A stretch of 64,000 nucleotides of DNA from an uncultured virus (IMG/VR IMGVR_UViG_3300010370_000033) (Duplodnaviria > Heunggongvirae > Uroviricota > Caudoviricetes): IMG/VR virus record IMGVR_UViG_3300010370_000033; one strand, written 5' to 3'. The notes beneath the pieces were generated by a model. The model worked only from the letters and a program-made list of their open reading frames with translations, did no database searches and was not told the origin of the DNA. The translations under genes and the position numbers were made by a program. Shown here one piece after another: positions 32,001-42,943 of this stretch (position 1 is its first letter; each line of letters begins with the position of its first letter).

Positions 32001-32319
32001 AACGAATTGAAATATTGTCAATTTTTATTGCATATACTGTGGATGGAAGTTTATTTGTGGTTCCTATTCCAATAATATTTGTGGTGGCAATTCCAATGGG
32101 CTCTCCATTTACGCCGTAAGAATAAGTCAACTCTTCACCAGTAACAAAAAAATGATTTGGAATCTTGATCAAATTGTTGTTAATATCAACGATGGAAGTA
32201 GTATTTCCTGCAATTACTCTTTCAAAAATAGGCAATTGCTTATGTCTAAGCTCAAATGAACGCTTTAAATCGTTTTCGGTTCCTCCATAATTTCCATATC
32301 CAGAATTAATAAAAGACAT
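29077..32319 (-). CDS. Baseplate wedge protein gp7-like, C-terminal part
   Basis: In frame with the upstream giant ORF; IDNVIQSP, FSGRTFMRS, GEYSWGRI. Confidence 0.7.
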   Translation of the reverse strand: MSFINSGYGNYGGTENDLKRSFELRHKQLPIFERVIAGNTTSIVDINNNLIKIPNHFFVTGEELTYSYGVNGEPIGIATTNIIGIGTTNKLPSTVYAIKIDNISIRLSDTIENALKTIPIPLTLNSVGVGVSHKFTSKKQNTKVLITIDNVIQSPVVSTAITTTLINDVSIPDNTIKVSGITSFFGADLIQVNDEIMRINSVGFGSTNVFLVSRPWLGTGISTHSSGSVITKVFGDYNIIDNTIHFSTAPYGKIGIGTTTGNPNDVDYEGLTSSSSFSGRTFMRSANSNGSEEPYEKNYIFDDISSEFSGFTTSFTLTSNGSNITGISTSNSVILINEIFQGPQRNSFPVSVLGDYELKESVGITSIQFTGNISSTSYYVNTAIIPVGGIIVSVGSTQGFGFQPLVSAGGTAVISGLGTISSISIGNSGSGYRSGIQTVNVGVATSSVYNSEITYIGTASIQDGHIVGISITNPGTGYTSTNPPLVIFDSPLSYSNLPLIYSSSSSLGVGTQAKINVVVGQGSSVIDFEIKNFGYGYKKGEILTVAIGGTVGIPTNTSLSYNEFQITIEETYSNKFSGWSIGDLLVIDSIDSLFDGKTVSFPIFVNGEQKSIRAKSGSLIDNDATLLIFINDILQVPKEGYIFNGGSYITFTEPPKPGDKSKILFYQGTSDIDIVTVDILESIKLGDKVQLNDDDMAYSQNERIVTEVRSSDNLNTNLYFGPGISLNENYTRPVKWCRQTEDLFIDGKSVGKNRNIYEPLIYPYTRIIKTVGTSSTEIFVESVKTFFDNQKENTNLGNKIKIISQESLIGASATAIVSVGGTISSISIVNGGKGYKNPPLVTISNPIGYGTTQRATATSFITSGIVTSIVINSSGIGYTSIPEVLIEEPKYSDYIEEISPISYTGDFGIISGVSTTSVGVASTGIVFDLVIPKNSFLRDSSIVGTAITISGIQTNYYFVVFNSNIGNGVTSLSLTNSIVGIGSTFLDNIYQVSSVSIAQTSVTGMGLTYVARVVVSVQNYNNLTGLGYSSYYGEYSWGRISAPERDNSKEFIAYNNGLSGISTSPIVERYSPLKYINYIS

Positions 32320-32331
32320 AAATTTTACCTA

Positions 32332-35300
32332 TTAATTACTATTTAAATCTAAAATTGTTTCTGTAACAGAAAAATCTGATATTGTTAAAGCATTTTGAAA
32401 TACTCTGACTTGAACATCTATATTTTCAATAGGAGTAAATGTTAAATATGTTTTTGATCCAGAAACGAAAGAATCAAAATTTCCTAAAGATACATCAGTA
32501 TTTAAAATTCCAAACTCAGTTATATAGGATTCTGATTCATCACTCACTAGTGCAATTTCAGAAAATTGATACTGATTATTAGTAGTATCTTCAACACTTA
32601 CTATGTAATATGCACAGGAATATTGAGATGAATATTCGGAAATAGTTGTTGCTGTTGGAGAGATGGATGATGCAATGGATGTAATTCTAGAATCAAGAAC
32701 TCCATTATTTAATTTTGAAGTTGATATTCCGGAAGACATAGTGTTTGCAATTGAAACACTAATAGTATTTACGACATAAGTTGTAGCCAATCCAACATTT
32801 GGAGTTACATCAATATTAATATTTGAGCCCGAAAAATATGCAAAATAAGTTCCTATTCCCGAAGAAGAAATAGACGATACAGTATTAGTAGTCAATTTAC
32901 CATAGTCTTGAATGATAATTTCGGAATCATTATGTATCAAAGATAATTCATCAAACTCAAAATATTCATTATCAATTGATCCATATTGAATCAGAACTTT
33001 AGATGCTCTATATGTGGAAGCAATTCCTACGATTGTTGTTGGAGTAGTTGTTCCTACTGAAATTGATTGCGTATTGCTAATTATATTAACAGTATCACCA
33101 AATACAAAAGTTCCAATTCCAGAAATAGAGTCTGTTATGCTGTATGTAATGAAACTTACATCATAATCATTTACTTCATATTTTGTGGGATAGAATAAAA
33201 GCTGGCCTTCAGTTCCAGAAATATTAAAATCAAAAAATCCTAGATCTCCAGAACTGTCAACTTTTCCATATTGATTTAAAAATCCATTTTCATTGTTATG
33301 GAGTAATGTAACTAATAAAATTTCCCTTTCGCCAATAATTTTATCTTTAATATAAATTAAATATTTTTTAGAGCGAGCTGAATTCAAGTTAAAAGTATCT
33401 ATTACACTAAATTTTGTATTTCTTGGATTACTATTAAATTGCCCACTAATATCATCAATCATCAAGACACGATTGCCTATAGATTCAATATAGTCTTGAA
33501 GAACTGCAGATTTAAAGATAATTTCATCGGAATAATTTTTTGAATCTATATTCAAAGTCTTTTCCGTTACCAAATCAAAATCGTTTACACAATTTAAGTC
33601 AATAATAGAAACTAAATCTGAAACACCAGTAAAATCTCCATTATTTTGAATCGTTGTGATTCCTACATTAGTTTGGTCTTTTGATTCTATTGTTAAATCG
33701 GAGAACTTTTTAAATCCGGCAGTATGATTTAAATTACTTACTGCATTGTTCCATTTATCATAAGGAACTTTTGATTTAATTGAATATGAAAAATATTGAT
33801 AATAATCATTATCGTGAATTCTTTGAAAACCATTATTTAAGAATCCCGTTTCACGATTCCATCCGTTTTCAACTATAGATGACGACGCTATTTTGTATGA
33901 TGCATCAAATTTTATAATTTCTACAATCAATCCTTGACTTTTTGAAGATGTTCCAGTAATAATTTCTCTAGTAGAGTAGTTTTGAATTGAAGAAACTTTT
34001 AGGTAGCCATTTTTATTATCCCAAGAATTTACAGTTCCACTTGCAGAAGAAGATGAAACAATTTCACCTTTAAAGAAATCATTCTTAACTAGTGTAATAT
34101 CAAATATAGGAAAATACTTTGATGGAACTACTTTTCCTGAAGAATTCAAAGCATCATATTGACCTGGAGTTTCATCTGATTCAAGATAACTTGAAATATT
34201 ATATGTAATAGAACCACCAGTTCCGCCAATATTTGGATCTGTTTGTGTAATTGTGAATAGAGTGTAATTATAATTTGAAGAATTATAACCTTTCGCTGAA
34301 GTATTAATACCTACATTTATTCCCTCAACTAACACTTTATCACCAACTTCAAAAGGAAAATCAAGAATTGAACTAAAACTCGCACCAAGAGAAACAACAA
34401 CATCTTTTGTTATGTTGTTAAACGAAATATTTGAAATAGAAATTCCATTTGAATTCAAAATTGGAATAATTAAAGGAGTTGCATCACTTAGACCTTTAGT
34501 ATTTTTTAAAATCTTAACTTCAGATTCTCCTAAGGAATATTTTAAATCTACATCTAAAATTTGTCGGTTTGTAACTCCATCTAAAACAACTAAACTTGGA
34601 GAAATTGTATAATTTTTTCCTACGGAACTAATACCAATTCTTTTAAAAGATGAGAATGGTTCAATTCTAAGAATTTGTGGTAATTGTGCCTCAGGTCTTA
34701 AAGTAATGTCTGAAAAATATTCAAATCCAATATCTTGTATTTGAGTTTTTAAAATTCTTCCAATATTATCACTTTTTGGTAATAAGATTGCATTCTTTCC
34801 ATTTTCTGAAGAAATGGACGCAATACCTGGAAGTTTTTTATAATTTTTTCCATTGGAAATAACATTAATTTTTGAAATCGGTCCTGATGAGGAAATTGAA
34901 TTTGTAGTATAATAAATTTTTGAATTTGAATCCGTATATTCAGATTCTTTCGGTCTATCTTTTAAAATAAATTCAAAAAATGTTGAACCAATTCCGGTTA
35001 CTTTTTGATTTCCATTGAGAATGTTATTATCTACAATTAGACTATTGAAATTTATAATATTTTCAGTATCACTAATGATTTGTTTTTTATCTGAAGTGTT
35101 ATAATCTAAATTAATTGGTTTTAAATTATAGTAAAGTTTTTGAGGAATAAAATCACTAATTTTGACTTTTACATATGCATTAGTACTAATTCCAACTATT
35201 CCATTTTTTATTACTTCAAACTGAGAGCTATTGGAAGTAGAATAGAATTTAGATTTATATGTTGAATCTGAATAAAAATCAAAGTCAAAGGCAGGATATG

Positions 35301-38300
35301 AAATTGCGTTGTAAATAAATGATAAAGAAGAATCGGATAGATCAAAAATAATCTCTTGATTTTTTTCTACTAAAATTTGTGGATTTATTTTTGAAATTGT
35401 TCCGCTAGAAGCACTAGTAATTTCAACTTCTATTGGTTTAGACGAATTAAAATCCGAGAAGGATGAACAAAGTTTAATTTTATTATTATCTACAACATAA
35501 ACATAGTATATTGAATTGTGATTCAATCCACCAGATGGTGAAGAAGAAGTATGAATCACTTTTTGTCCATTTATAAAGTTATGATTTTGAATAAAAATTG
35601 TATTGTCAATAATATTGACATCGGATGCATCAAAGTTCTTTGGATCAAGAACCAATCTGCGATTATAATCATTATATTTAACAATAAATGTTGTTGTGAT
35701 TCCAGAAGATACATTTAAAGTTACTTGATCATTATTTTGGAGATAATGATTTGAATCTGTAATTACCGTAACATAGTTCTTATTTACCGTTCCTTTCAAT
35801 ACATCTTCTAGATTAGTTTTAAAGCTATGGTTCTCGCCCGTTCCAATTCCAGTAAAATATAAAGTGTCTACTGTAATTGAACTGTTAATTCCAACAAATG
35901 ACCCAGTTGAACCTAAACCAACTTTTGATGTTGCTATTCCAATTAAATCTTTTGAGATTTTTGCCACATAAACGGACTGTCCTTCATAAAGTTGAAAACT
36001 TTGAATTCCATTTGTAGAAACATTTAGAGGAGTTCCTCCATTCGCATAATACTTTAATTCATCACCAGTATTTAAATTATGATTTACAAAATAAAGTGAT
36101 TTTGATGGAACTAAGATCTGAGTGACTCCAACACCAGGATTTGAAAATCTTAATGTAGTTCCGATTCCAACACCTAAAGAAACAGTTTCTATTGGATTAA
36201 AATAATATTCTTTATTATAGTTGTATTGATAAAAATTATCAATTGAATTTACTTCAAAAATAATTTTTCTAGAGTTTTCTATTAATAAAGATGTTGCGGT
36301 ATGAGCACTACCAACTGTTCCATCATATTCTCTTTGAACACGTATTCTTGAAGAAATTGGATCTATATTCAAAATTTTAATTTTTTCCGTTCCAATTCCT
36401 AGAATATCATTCTCTCTTAGAAGAGGTGTATTTAAGTTTCCATAAACATTAAAATATGTGATGATTCCAGTAACATTTGAAGATTGAATCTCATCAGATA
36501 AGACTAGAAAAGATGATGTAATTCCAACATTAAAGAAAGATGATTGTAAGTCTGATCTTGAGGTTGAAAATCCATTCAAGGAAACAATATCAAAATTTTG
36601 AAGAGAATGTGGTATTGAGGAAATACCAATCAAAGATGACTGAAGGGAATATGGAATAAATTCTACATTAAAAATACTTGTACTAGCGATGCTTATTTTT
36701 TCAATCTTTTTCCCATATATTTCAGATATTTTTGCTATCGCTCCGTCACCATCAGTGTTCGTATTGTCAAATATTACAAGATCATTTACTTTGTAATCAT
36801 CTCCTCTATTAATAATTTCTACTGATTGGACTTCACCTCCATTAATGGATAAAATCTGAGTATTTTGTCTTTGAATCTTATTTGGATCTTGAATAAATTC
36901 ATAATAAGAATTTTTCTTAGTAAAATTATAAAAATTTGTATTACGGATAAAGTTTGTTTTTGTCAAATCAATTTCATCTTGATTTGAACTAGAATTAAAA
37001 TTATAATCTATCGGTCTTGACTTGAATGTATTTCCGATAAAATACGGAAACTGCGGCCGTCTATAATTTTTAAATGAAGAATTTGAGTCAACTGAAATTG
37101 GATTGATTGTAGCAAAATATGCGTATATTCCGTTTGGATATTCTGGAGTTACACAAAATCTTCCATTGTGTTCATCTAAATCTCCATTACTTTGATATAC
37201 ATAATCTTCAACAAAAAATCCTTCTGGATATAGAGAAGTATCTGGTCTATATGTGGAGATATTCAAAGAATACCCCGATTTCATAATTTGGATGCTTCCA
37301 CCTGTTAATGAAGAATATCCATATGGTCCATAAATTGGATTTCCATCATATGCCCATCCAAGAATTGGAGAGTGACTTTCTGAAGAAACTTCTACTTGAT
37401 TTTGAACTTGTAAATCTGCAACATAAATTAATTCTCCATTAACTCTTTTCGTCCCATATACAATTTGCCTTAGTTTTCTTGGTGCATATAGATGGGTATA
37501 TTCAAGTTCAAAATCAGATTTAATTGCTTTTGAAATTACGCTGTCATCATCTGAAATCTGATTATTTTCTAATAATCTTTCAAATAAATTTACAGTCCAT
37601 TTCTTACTTGTAAATTGGAAATTTGCATCACTTCCAGCAGAAATTACTTGAATTGATGTATTTTTTGAATCATATCCAAAACCTTGATTAACAATTTTAA
37701 CATCTATAATGGAACCATCAATTATGGTTGGAACTAAAGATGCACCATTTCCTGAACCAATTACTTTAATATCTGGAATAGAATTATAATTTTCTCCAGA
37801 ATTTAAAATTATAACGTTGGTAATTCTTCCATTTAAAACTACTGGTTTTAATAATGCACCCGATCCATTTTCAAGGTTAAAATTTGGTTGATGATTATAA
37901 TTTAAAATTTCAGATGAACCATAACCAACACCACCATTTTCAATGAAAACTGATTTGATTTTTCCTCTAAAAATTGGTCTCAAAATGGCATTAAAATTTT
38001 GGCCACTAAAAGTAGAAACTCCAATTTTTCCAGAAACTTGAATCTGAATCTCTGGATAATTAAAAATATGTCTTCCAGACCCAGATGAAGTTAAATTTAC
38101 ATATTCTTTGTTTTTGTAATATACATCTGAATTTGTGGATCCTATTCCAACTTGTGAAAGTTTAAAAGTATTATCATCAATTTTTGTAACATAATAATTT
38201 GCTGTGGTCAATCCACTGATTGGTGTAGATTCTGGTGAATATGAGATAATCTCACCACTCTGATACTTGTGATTTTTAATTGTAATTGTATTAGAAGAAG

Positions 38301-41028
38301 TATTAATTCCGGATGAAGTTGCTACGGTCTTTCTGTTTTTATAATGAATTCCGGAATTTAAAACTCGCACTGAACCGATAACTTTTTTTGAATATTTTGA
38401 TGAAATTGTGTGATTCCCAGATCCATAGGAAATTAAGTCAATTTCATTAACTTTAGAAATAGCATCAGAAAAAGACTTATAAAACTTTATGGAATATTCG
38501 TTTACGGTAGAAACAAAATAAGAAGAATTGTCCGAGAGTCCTCCAATTGTACTTTGCCCATTTGTTTTGTAAACGACTTCTTCACCATTTCTAAACCTAT
38601 GATATTCAGAAAAAGTAATCAAATTCGTTGAAAGATTAACTTGTCCTGCTGAAGAGGATGAATTAAAATTAATGCTATGATTTATTGTGATTAAATTTGG
38701 ACTTGCGATTGCATTAATTCCATTTCCTCCTGTAATCGTGATTGTTGGAGTATTAAGATAATCAAATCCTTCATTTATAACTTCAACTCTCTCAAGTACA
38801 CCTTCTACCTCACAATAACCGGATGCGCCGGAACCATTAGAATCGGTAATTGTAAGAACTGGAGGATTGATTACATCATAATTATTTCCTTCGGATGTTA
38901 CTGAAATTTCTTCTATCGGACCATAAAAAAGAAAATCATTAGATTTATAATTTAAAATTTCAACTCCATTTACTAAAATTCCAGTATTTCCCGAAGTAGT
39001 TTCATAATTCTGATTGTCATTTATGGGATTTGAAATTTTTCGTATTAATTTTTGCGGCCTTAAAGACTTTCCTGAAAAGTTGGTGAGTTCTAAAATATTT
39101 TCAGTAACAGTGCCGATAAGAGTAACAAAAACATTATTAAAAATATTTGTTCTACTTCTAGCAAGTTTAATTTGATTCTGATCAATTTTCTTTACAAAAT
39201 AAATTCCTTCAGAAATATTCAATTTATTGAATTCATCTTTTGATTTATAAGTTACTGAATCGCCAGTATAAAATCCGTGATTTGGTATAGTTAATATTTC
39301 TCCATTCAAGTTACCAGAAAATGTAACTGAACGATAATTTGGATCTAATGATTGTCCTAGATAGGTCGGAAGAGAATGTGAAGCAACATAAATGGATTCT
39401 TTATCTGTATATACATTTTGAATATTTGTCGTATAATTTTGTAATTCGTTTAAGTTTGCTTTAGAAAGTAATTTTTGAATTGTATATTTTTTTGAAACGT
39501 CAATTAAACCTTGATTTCCAAAAATAAAAGCGGTTGAGTTTACGATAGAAAAAATTGTAGATATTTTTTCTATTCCATCTGAAGAAATTAACTTAATTTG
39601 ATCACCAGGTACAAAATTATGTGAATCAAAAGTTTCAATTTTATAAGAATAATTTGAAATATTCTGAATTGATATATTTTTTACGATATATGTTGTTGCA
39701 ACATTAAGAATCCATTGATTTGATTTGAGATCCTTAAGTTCAATTCCAGGATTTTTAATTAAAATTTGATCTCCTTCTTCATAATAATAATTTAATTCAT
39801 CTTTTTCTAATTGTGATAGAACTCCAGTAATTCTTACTTTAACTATCTTTGAAGTTCCAATACCAGAATATCCATAAGCATACACTTCCGATTCTAATAG
39901 TTGATTTGAAGGAAGTTCTCTAGTTAATCCAGAACAATCAAAAAATTGATTTAAAGATTTTGATTGATATGTAATTGTAGAAATGGTATCATCAGAATGT
40001 CTTACAATCAAATTTCCCGAAGAAGGAAATCCAACAGTAGAATCTACATCTAGTGTGCTTGCATTGGAAGTTACTTCCGTGATTAATCTTGTTGTTGGAC
40101 AAATTGAAAAATCACCAAATATAGATCCATTGACTATAATATCTTTATTATAGTCATAGTCTAGACTTAGAATGTAATAATCTTGATTATTTCTTTGAAT
40201 TTTTTGAACATTTGTGATAGATCCACTCGCCGCAGGAAAATCGCCAATTTGTTCTTGAAACAAGGTTCGGTTAATTAATTCTTCAGGATTTCCTTCAATT
40301 GCTTTAACTACCAAGTCTTTTGTGACTCGGTATTGAGCATCTGAAGGAATCAGAAGATAATCTCTCGGTTTAATAACCTCAATATCTTCACCATAAAGAG
40401 CACGAAATAAAATCTCAAAAGATTGATTTGTTCCTTTAGATGAATAGAAATCTTTTGCTTGTTTAATAAAAATATTTTGATTTACTTGTGAATTAAATTC
40501 CCTATTTTCAAAACCAGGAACTATTTGATATTTAATTTTTTTGAAAAATTCCTTTAGAAAAAGAACACTTAAATTAAATACTTGAGTATTTGATGAATGA
40601 GTTGCAATTTCGGATTCTGAAAATACTAGAGAATCTACCTTATTTGAGTTTTGATATGATGTGACTCCACTAAAACCACGAATACAACCAGTAAAAGAAT
40701 TTGTGGTGATTCCAGTGTAAGTAATAATCTCCGAATCAATTTGAATTAATCCATAAGATTCTGGAAATCCATTCGTTGAGGTTACATAAATTGTGTCATC
40801 AAAAAAGTCTACATCAGAAGTTAAATTGATCGTTTCAACTAGTTGAGTTAAGTTATCAATTTTTACATATTCAGAAAGATTTTCAAGAATATTCAGTGCA
40901 GAACCTTGCTCTTCTAAAGAAATGTAATATTGAGATAAAAATTCCTCAACCAAAGGAAATTCTTCTCTTACATAACTTGGAAGTTGATTTTTAACGATTG
41001 AACTGAATTTAACTTTCTTTTCTGACAT
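32332..41028 (-). CDS. g7: Baseplate wedge initiator gp7-like, N-terminal part (2898 aa)
   Basis: Between g6 and g8; KDFYSSKGT, HSPILGWAYDGNPIYGPYGY, DLDEHNGRF, YYQYFSYS, HTAGFKKF. Confidence 0.8.
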   Translation of the reverse strand: MSEKKVKFSSIVKNQLPSYVREEFPLVEEFLSQYYISLEEQGSALNILENLSEYVKIDNLTQLVETINLTSDVDFFDDTIYVTSTNGFPESYGLIQIDSEIITYTGITTNSFTGCIRGFSGVTSYQNSNKVDSLVFSESEIATHSSNTQVFNLSVLFLKEFFKKIKYQIVPGFENREFNSQVNQNIFIKQAKDFYSSKGTNQSFEILFRALYGEDIEVIKPRDYLLIPSDAQYRVTKDLVVKAIEGNPEELINRTLFQEQIGDFPAASGSITNVQKIQRNNQDYYILSLDYDYNKDIIVNGSIFGDFSICPTTRLITEVTSNASTLDVDSTVGFPSSGNLIVRHSDDTISTITYQSKSLNQFFDCSGLTRELPSNQLLESEVYAYGYSGIGTSKIVKVRITGVLSQLEKDELNYYYEEGDQILIKNPGIELKDLKSNQWILNVATTYIVKNISIQNISNYSYKIETFDSHNFVPGDQIKLISSDGIEKISTIFSIVNSTAFIFGNQGLIDVSKKYTIQKLLSKANLNELQNYTTNIQNVYTDKESIYVASHSLPTYLGQSLDPNYRSVTFSGNLNGEILTIPNHGFYTGDSVTYKSKDEFNKLNISEGIYFVKKIDQNQIKLARSRTNIFNNVFVTLIGTVTENILELTNFSGKSLRPQKLIRKISNPINDNQNYETTSGNTGILVNGVEILNYKSNDFLFYGPIEEISVTSEGNNYDVINPPVLTITDSNGSGASGYCEVEGVLERVEVINEGFDYLNTPTITITGGNGINAIASPNLITINHSINFNSSSSAGQVNLSTNLITFSEYHRFRNGEEVVYKTNGQSTIGGLSDNSSYFVSTVNEYSIKFYKSFSDAISKVNEIDLISYGSGNHTISSKYSKKVIGSVRVLNSGIHYKNRKTVATSSGINTSSNTITIKNHKYQSGEIISYSPESTPISGLTTANYYVTKIDDNTFKLSQVGIGSTNSDVYYKNKEYVNLTSSGSGRHIFNYPEIQIQVSGKIGVSTFSGQNFNAILRPIFRGKIKSVFIENGGVGYGSSEILNYNHQPNFNLENGSGALLKPVVLNGRITNVIILNSGENYNSIPDIKVIGSGNGASLVPTIIDGSIIDVKIVNQGFGYDSKNTSIQVISAGSDANFQFTSKKWTVNLFERLLENNQISDDDSVISKAIKSDFELEYTHLYAPRKLRQIVYGTKRVNGELIYVADLQVQNQVEVSSESHSPILGWAYDGNPIYGPYGYSSLTGGSIQIMKSGYSLNISTYRPDTSLYPEGFFVEDYVYQSNGDLDEHNGRFCVTPEYPNGIYAYFATINPISVDSNSSFKNYRRPQFPYFIGNTFKSRPIDYNFNSSSNQDEIDLTKTNFIRNTNFYNFTKKNSYYEFIQDPNKIQRQNTQILSINGGEVQSVEIINRGDDYKVNDLVIFDNTNTDGDGAIAKISEIYGKKIEKISIASTSIFNVEFIPYSLQSSLIGISSIPHSLQNFDIVSLNGFSTSRSDLQSSFFNVGITSSFLVLSDEIQSSNVTGIITYFNVYGNLNTPLLRENDILGIGTEKIKILNIDPISSRIRVQREYDGTVGSAHTATSLLIENSRKIIFEVNSIDNFYQYNYNKEYYFNPIETVSLGVGIGTTLRFSNPGVGVTQILVPSKSLYFVNHNLNTGDELKYYANGGTPLNVSTNGIQSFQLYEGQSVYVAKISKDLIGIATSKVGLGSTGSFVGINSSITVDTLYFTGIGTGENHSFKTNLEDVLKGTVNKNYVTVITDSNHYLQNNDQVTLNVSSGITTTFIVKYNDYNRRLVLDPKNFDASDVNIIDNTIFIQNHNFINGQKVIHTSSSPSGGLNHNSIYYVYVVDNNKIKLCSSFSDFNSSKPIEVEITSASSGTISKINPQILVEKNQEIIFDLSDSSLSFIYNAISYPAFDFDFYSDSTYKSKFYSTSNSSQFEVIKNGIVGISTNAYVKVKISDFIPQKLYYNLKPINLDYNTSDKKQIISDTENIINFNSLIVDNNILNGNQKVTGIGSTFFEFILKDRPKESEYTDSNSKIYYTTNSISSSGPISKINVISNGKNYKKLPGIASISSENGKNAILLPKSDNIGRILKTQIQDIGFEYFSDITLRPEAQLPQILRIEPFSSFKRIGISSVGKNYTISPSLVVLDGVTNRQILDVDLKYSLGESEVKILKNTKGLSDATPLIIPILNSNGISISNISFNNITKDVVVSLGASFSSILDFPFEVGDKVLVEGINVGINTSAKGYNSSNYNYTLFTITQTDPNIGGTGGSITYNISSYLESDETPGQYDALNSSGKVVPSKYFPIFDITLVKNDFFKGEIVSSSSASGTVNSWDNKNGYLKVSSIQNYSTREIITGTSSKSQGLIVEIIKFDASYKIASSSIVENGWNRETGFLNNGFQRIHDNDYYQYFSYSIKSKVPYDKWNNAVSNLNHTAGFKKFSDLTIESKDQTNVGITTIQNNGDFTGVSDLVSIIDLNCVNDFDLVTEKTLNIDSKNYSDEIIFKSAVLQDYIESIGNRVLMIDDISGQFNSNPRNTKFSVIDTFNLNSARSKKYLIYIKDKIIGEREILLVTLLHNNENGFLNQYGKVDSSGDLGFFDFNISGTEGQLLFYPTKYEVNDYDVSFITYSITDSISGIGTFVFGDTVNIISNTQSISVGTTTPTTIVGIASTYRASKVLIQYGSIDNEYFEFDELSLIHNDSEIIIQDYGKLTTNTVSSISSSGIGTYFAYFSGSNINIDVTPNVGLATTYVVNTISVSIANTMSSGISTSKLNNGVLDSRITSIASSISPTATTISEYSSQYSCAYYIVSVEDTTNNQYQFSEIALVSDESESYITEFGILNTDVSLGNFDSFVSGSKTYLTFTPIENIDVQVRVFQNALTISDFSVTETILDLNSN

Positions 41029-41029
41029 T

Positions 41030-42943
41030 TTATACTCTTACTAGATTTCCATTATTATAACTTGATGTTGTAACATATAGAGTTCCTGAGGGATCAGATC
41101 CCGAAGAAATTTCATCAGATAACATATTCACCACGCTTTTATTAATATCTAGTTGCAAATATAAATCTTGTAATCCTATGATATCATTTGACTTTGAAAT
41201 TGCAGAAATTTCAATGATTGGTTGTTCTTGGACTGTTTTAGATGTGGATATAATATTTACTGGATTTAAAATAATTTCACCTTTCTTATAATTGATTGTT
41301 CCTGCGGATTGTCTTACAATTAAAGGCTGAGTATCAGAAAGAAGTTTAAAGAAGAAAATTGTTCCAGTAACTTGATTTGAATCTGGAATATCTGAGAGAT
41401 AAAGAACATCTGAAACACCTGAAATTTTAAATCCAGAAGACTTAATATTATACCCATTTACATTTTGAATATGAAATTCGTTTCCAAAGCAAATTTCATA
41501 ATCTGCAATTTGATTTAAACTTGCCTTTAAATCTCTCCGAATTTTAATTTTTGTAATATTTGACGTAATTGATTCGTGACTGTTGTCAATAATACTTTGA
41601 AATTTACTATACTTAAATCTTGCACCATATTGATTCAATTCAATGGAATTTGCATAAGATTTAATATTTTCAAAGATAGTAGTTTTAATTGATTCTGAAT
41701 TTGAAACCAAATTAGAGTTATAATATGCAACAGTGTCTGTTTCAATATAAAGATATTTTAAATCTAAAAATTCTAGAATAATTCCAGCAACATTATATTT
41801 TCTTAATTGATTTTTGAGATTATCTTTAATTGAATTTGGTAAGTATGGCCCATAAAAAGGCTTGATTGCTATAAAAACCTTTCCATATTGAGGTGGATTC
41901 AAATCTTCTCCACCAAAAACTGAAACCGACTGAGTTTCAGGATAAATTTTTGGAATAATTGCCTCATAATCCGCTGCCGTTACCGCACGATTTTGAGAAG
42001 CATAAATTCTTGGTGCGTAATTTTTAATCGACTGAACCGATTCAATTTCTTTTCCACCTTGAGAGGAATTGATGGTTGTGATTAAAGAAATTCCAGATGT
42101 GATTAAATTATTATTGTTATCAACAATTCTTCCATTAAATGTAAATGATGAGACGCCATTTCCAGACTCACCATTTGTGACGATGTATGATACGTCAATA
42201 TAATTCTGCGCTTGAAGCTTTTCACCAAAAACACCATCACCAAAGATCAATTCGTATCTTTGATCCTCAATCTCTTGAATGAAAAAGACTCTTGAATTTG
42301 AACTAATTTCAAAAAGACTATTTGATAAGTTAAACTTACGAGAAAATGTACTTGATTGTGTATTCCGAACTAGTACTGAAATTGTGGAAGTATCAATGTT
42401 CTCATTCGTTAAAATATATCTTTGAGGTGGAGAAGGATTCTCTGCTTCTACCGTGAAATTTGCAGTTAAAAAAGAACCTTCATAAACTTCTATATTCTCA
42501 AAAAATGCAATTCCATTTACAATCGGAACTGTGATATCTGAAGAGATTGAAAAAATATAACTCTCGGCTCCAAAAGAAGATGATGCGCAAACAGTTCCCT
42601 TTTTTAGAGTCAGAGTAATTGGATTCGTGCTTGATCCAGTGACATCCACAAAGAAAGAGATAACTGCCTTTGCTGCAGTTCTTGAGCGAGGAACATATCC
42701 AATATTTCTTGCTAAAGATACTACATTTTCTCTTAGAGTAGCACTGTCAATAAAAACCTCATTGCTCATCATATTTGCATTATATGATGAGATATAAGTG
42801 TTATATGCTAAAATATCTAAAATTGTAGATAGATTTGATCCCTCAAAATCATAGTCAGTAAAATTTGAATTCGCTCTTAGGTAGTCGCGAATTGAAGTTT
42901 TAATCTGATCAAAATCTAGATTTGTAAAATTGACTAGTGCCAT
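41030..42943 (-). CDS. g6: Baseplate wedge subunit gp6
   Basis: LDFDQIK, FTDYDFEGS, SATLRENVVSLA, QNRAVTAADY. Confidence 0.95.
   Translation of the reverse strand: MALVNFTNLDFDQIKTSIRDYLRANSNFTDYDFEGSNLSTILDILAYNTYISSYNANMMSNEVFIDSATLRENVVSLARNIGYVPRSRTAAKAVISFFVDVTGSSTNPITLTLKKGTVCASSSFGAESYIFSISSDITVPIVNGIAFFENIEVYEGSFLTANFTVEAENPSPPQRYILTNENIDTSTISVLVRNTQSSTFSRKFNLSNSLFEISSNSRVFFIQEIEDQRYELIFGDGVFGEKLQAQNYIDVSYIVTNGESGNGVSSFTFNGRIVDNNNNLITSGISLITTINSSQGGKEIESVQSIKNYAPRIYASQNRAVTAADYEAIIPKIYPETQSVSVFGGEDLNPPQYGKVFIAIKPFYGPYLPNSIKDNLKNQLRKYNVAGIILEFLDLKYLYIETDTVAYYNSNLVSNSESIKTTIFENIKSYANSIELNQYGARFKYSKFQSIIDNSHESITSNITKIKIRRDLKASLNQIADYEICFGNEFHIQNVNGYNIKSSGFKISGVSDVLYLSDIPDSNQVTGTIFFFKLLSDTQPLIVRQSAGTINYKKGEIILNPVNIISTSKTVQEQPIIEISAISKSNDIIGLQDLYLQLDINKSVVNMLSDEISSGSDPSGTLYVTTSSYNNGNLVRV

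Noticed and set aside
32320..32334. Stop-codon reassignment
   Set aside because: TAA and TAG occur back to back, and other long genes are uninterrupted under the standard code
19712..41028. Recurrent GIGT/VGVGT/SSGIST peptides and antisense ORFs in structural genes
   Set aside because: Ordinary compositional repeats of cyanophage virion proteins; the plus-strand ORFs are codon-bias shadows
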